Source: Salpingoeca rosetta (taxonomy: Eukaryota > Protista > Choanoflagellata). From it: a stretch of 64,000 bases of DNA. The notes below the pieces were generated by a model. It did not search any database. It saw only the letters and a list, made by a program, of their open reading frames with translations, and was not told where the DNA came from. The stretch spans positions 1,053,011 through 1,117,010 of the forward strand of contig JAWQFM010000007.1 in the NCBI GenBank assembly GCA_033442325.1. Reading direction: 5' to 3'. Positions 59,770 to 64,000 of the stretch are shown one piece after another; position 1 is the first letter of the stretch, and each line of letters begins with the position of its first letter. The position numbers and the translations under genes are program-made.

Positions 59770-59827
59770 CCAATCACTACTGCTTATGGTGTCGAATCGA
59801 AGTTGCCAATTTGAGTGCCAATTTGAA
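59770..59827 (+). promoter_or_regulatory. Three CCAAT boxes, TTTGAA and GTTGCCA in the NUDT9/kinesin divergent spacer
   Basis: CCAAT at 59770, 59806 and 59818, a direct repeat TGCCAATTTGA x2, and TTTGAA at 59822. Confidence 0.35.
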
Positions 59828-59865
59828 CTTGCTGTGCTGTGTGGTTGTGCTGGTGTGACTCACTA

Positions 59866-59955
<90 letters not shown>

Positions 59956-59975
59956 GCACACGAACACACGCTGAC

Positions 59976-64000
<4,025 letters not shown>

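Overview
This is gene-dense eukaryotic DNA with many short GT-AG introns filled with (TG)n/(CA)n microsatellites and GC3-rich exons. That style points to a choanoflagellate, most likely Salpingoeca rosetta (inference). Most ORF-track entries (poly-HT, poly-CV) are microsatellite artefacts. Joining exons by eye gives about 18 genes, in order: an NCoR/SMRT-like SANT corepressor (runs off the left edge), kinetochore Spc25, a claudin/PMP22-like tetraspan, a MiaA/IPT9-type tRNA dimethylallyltransferase, an M17 leucine aminopeptidase, a secreted Cys-rich ShK-like protein, AP-5 beta, RPL3, GPATCH1, PheRS beta, an atypical SLC25 carrier, a signal-peptide aldo-keto reductase, a PfpI/DJ-1 enzyme, an orphan S/T-rich protein, a 63-aa four-exon coiled-coil microprotein missing from the ORF track, mitochondrial EF-Ts, NUDT9, and a probable kinesin-14 (runs off the right edge). 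There are two N gaps and two local duplications. The most notable observations are the head-to-head AKR + PfpI pair with 93 bp between start codons, the hidden microprotein, the intron-split RPL3 start codon behind a TOP-like tract, E2F/CHR/CCAAT-like motifs upstream of the mitotic genes, and 5'-TG/3'-CA polarity in several introns. Gene models are manual, family calls come from recalled motifs rather than database searches, and internal exon limits are approximate unless stated.
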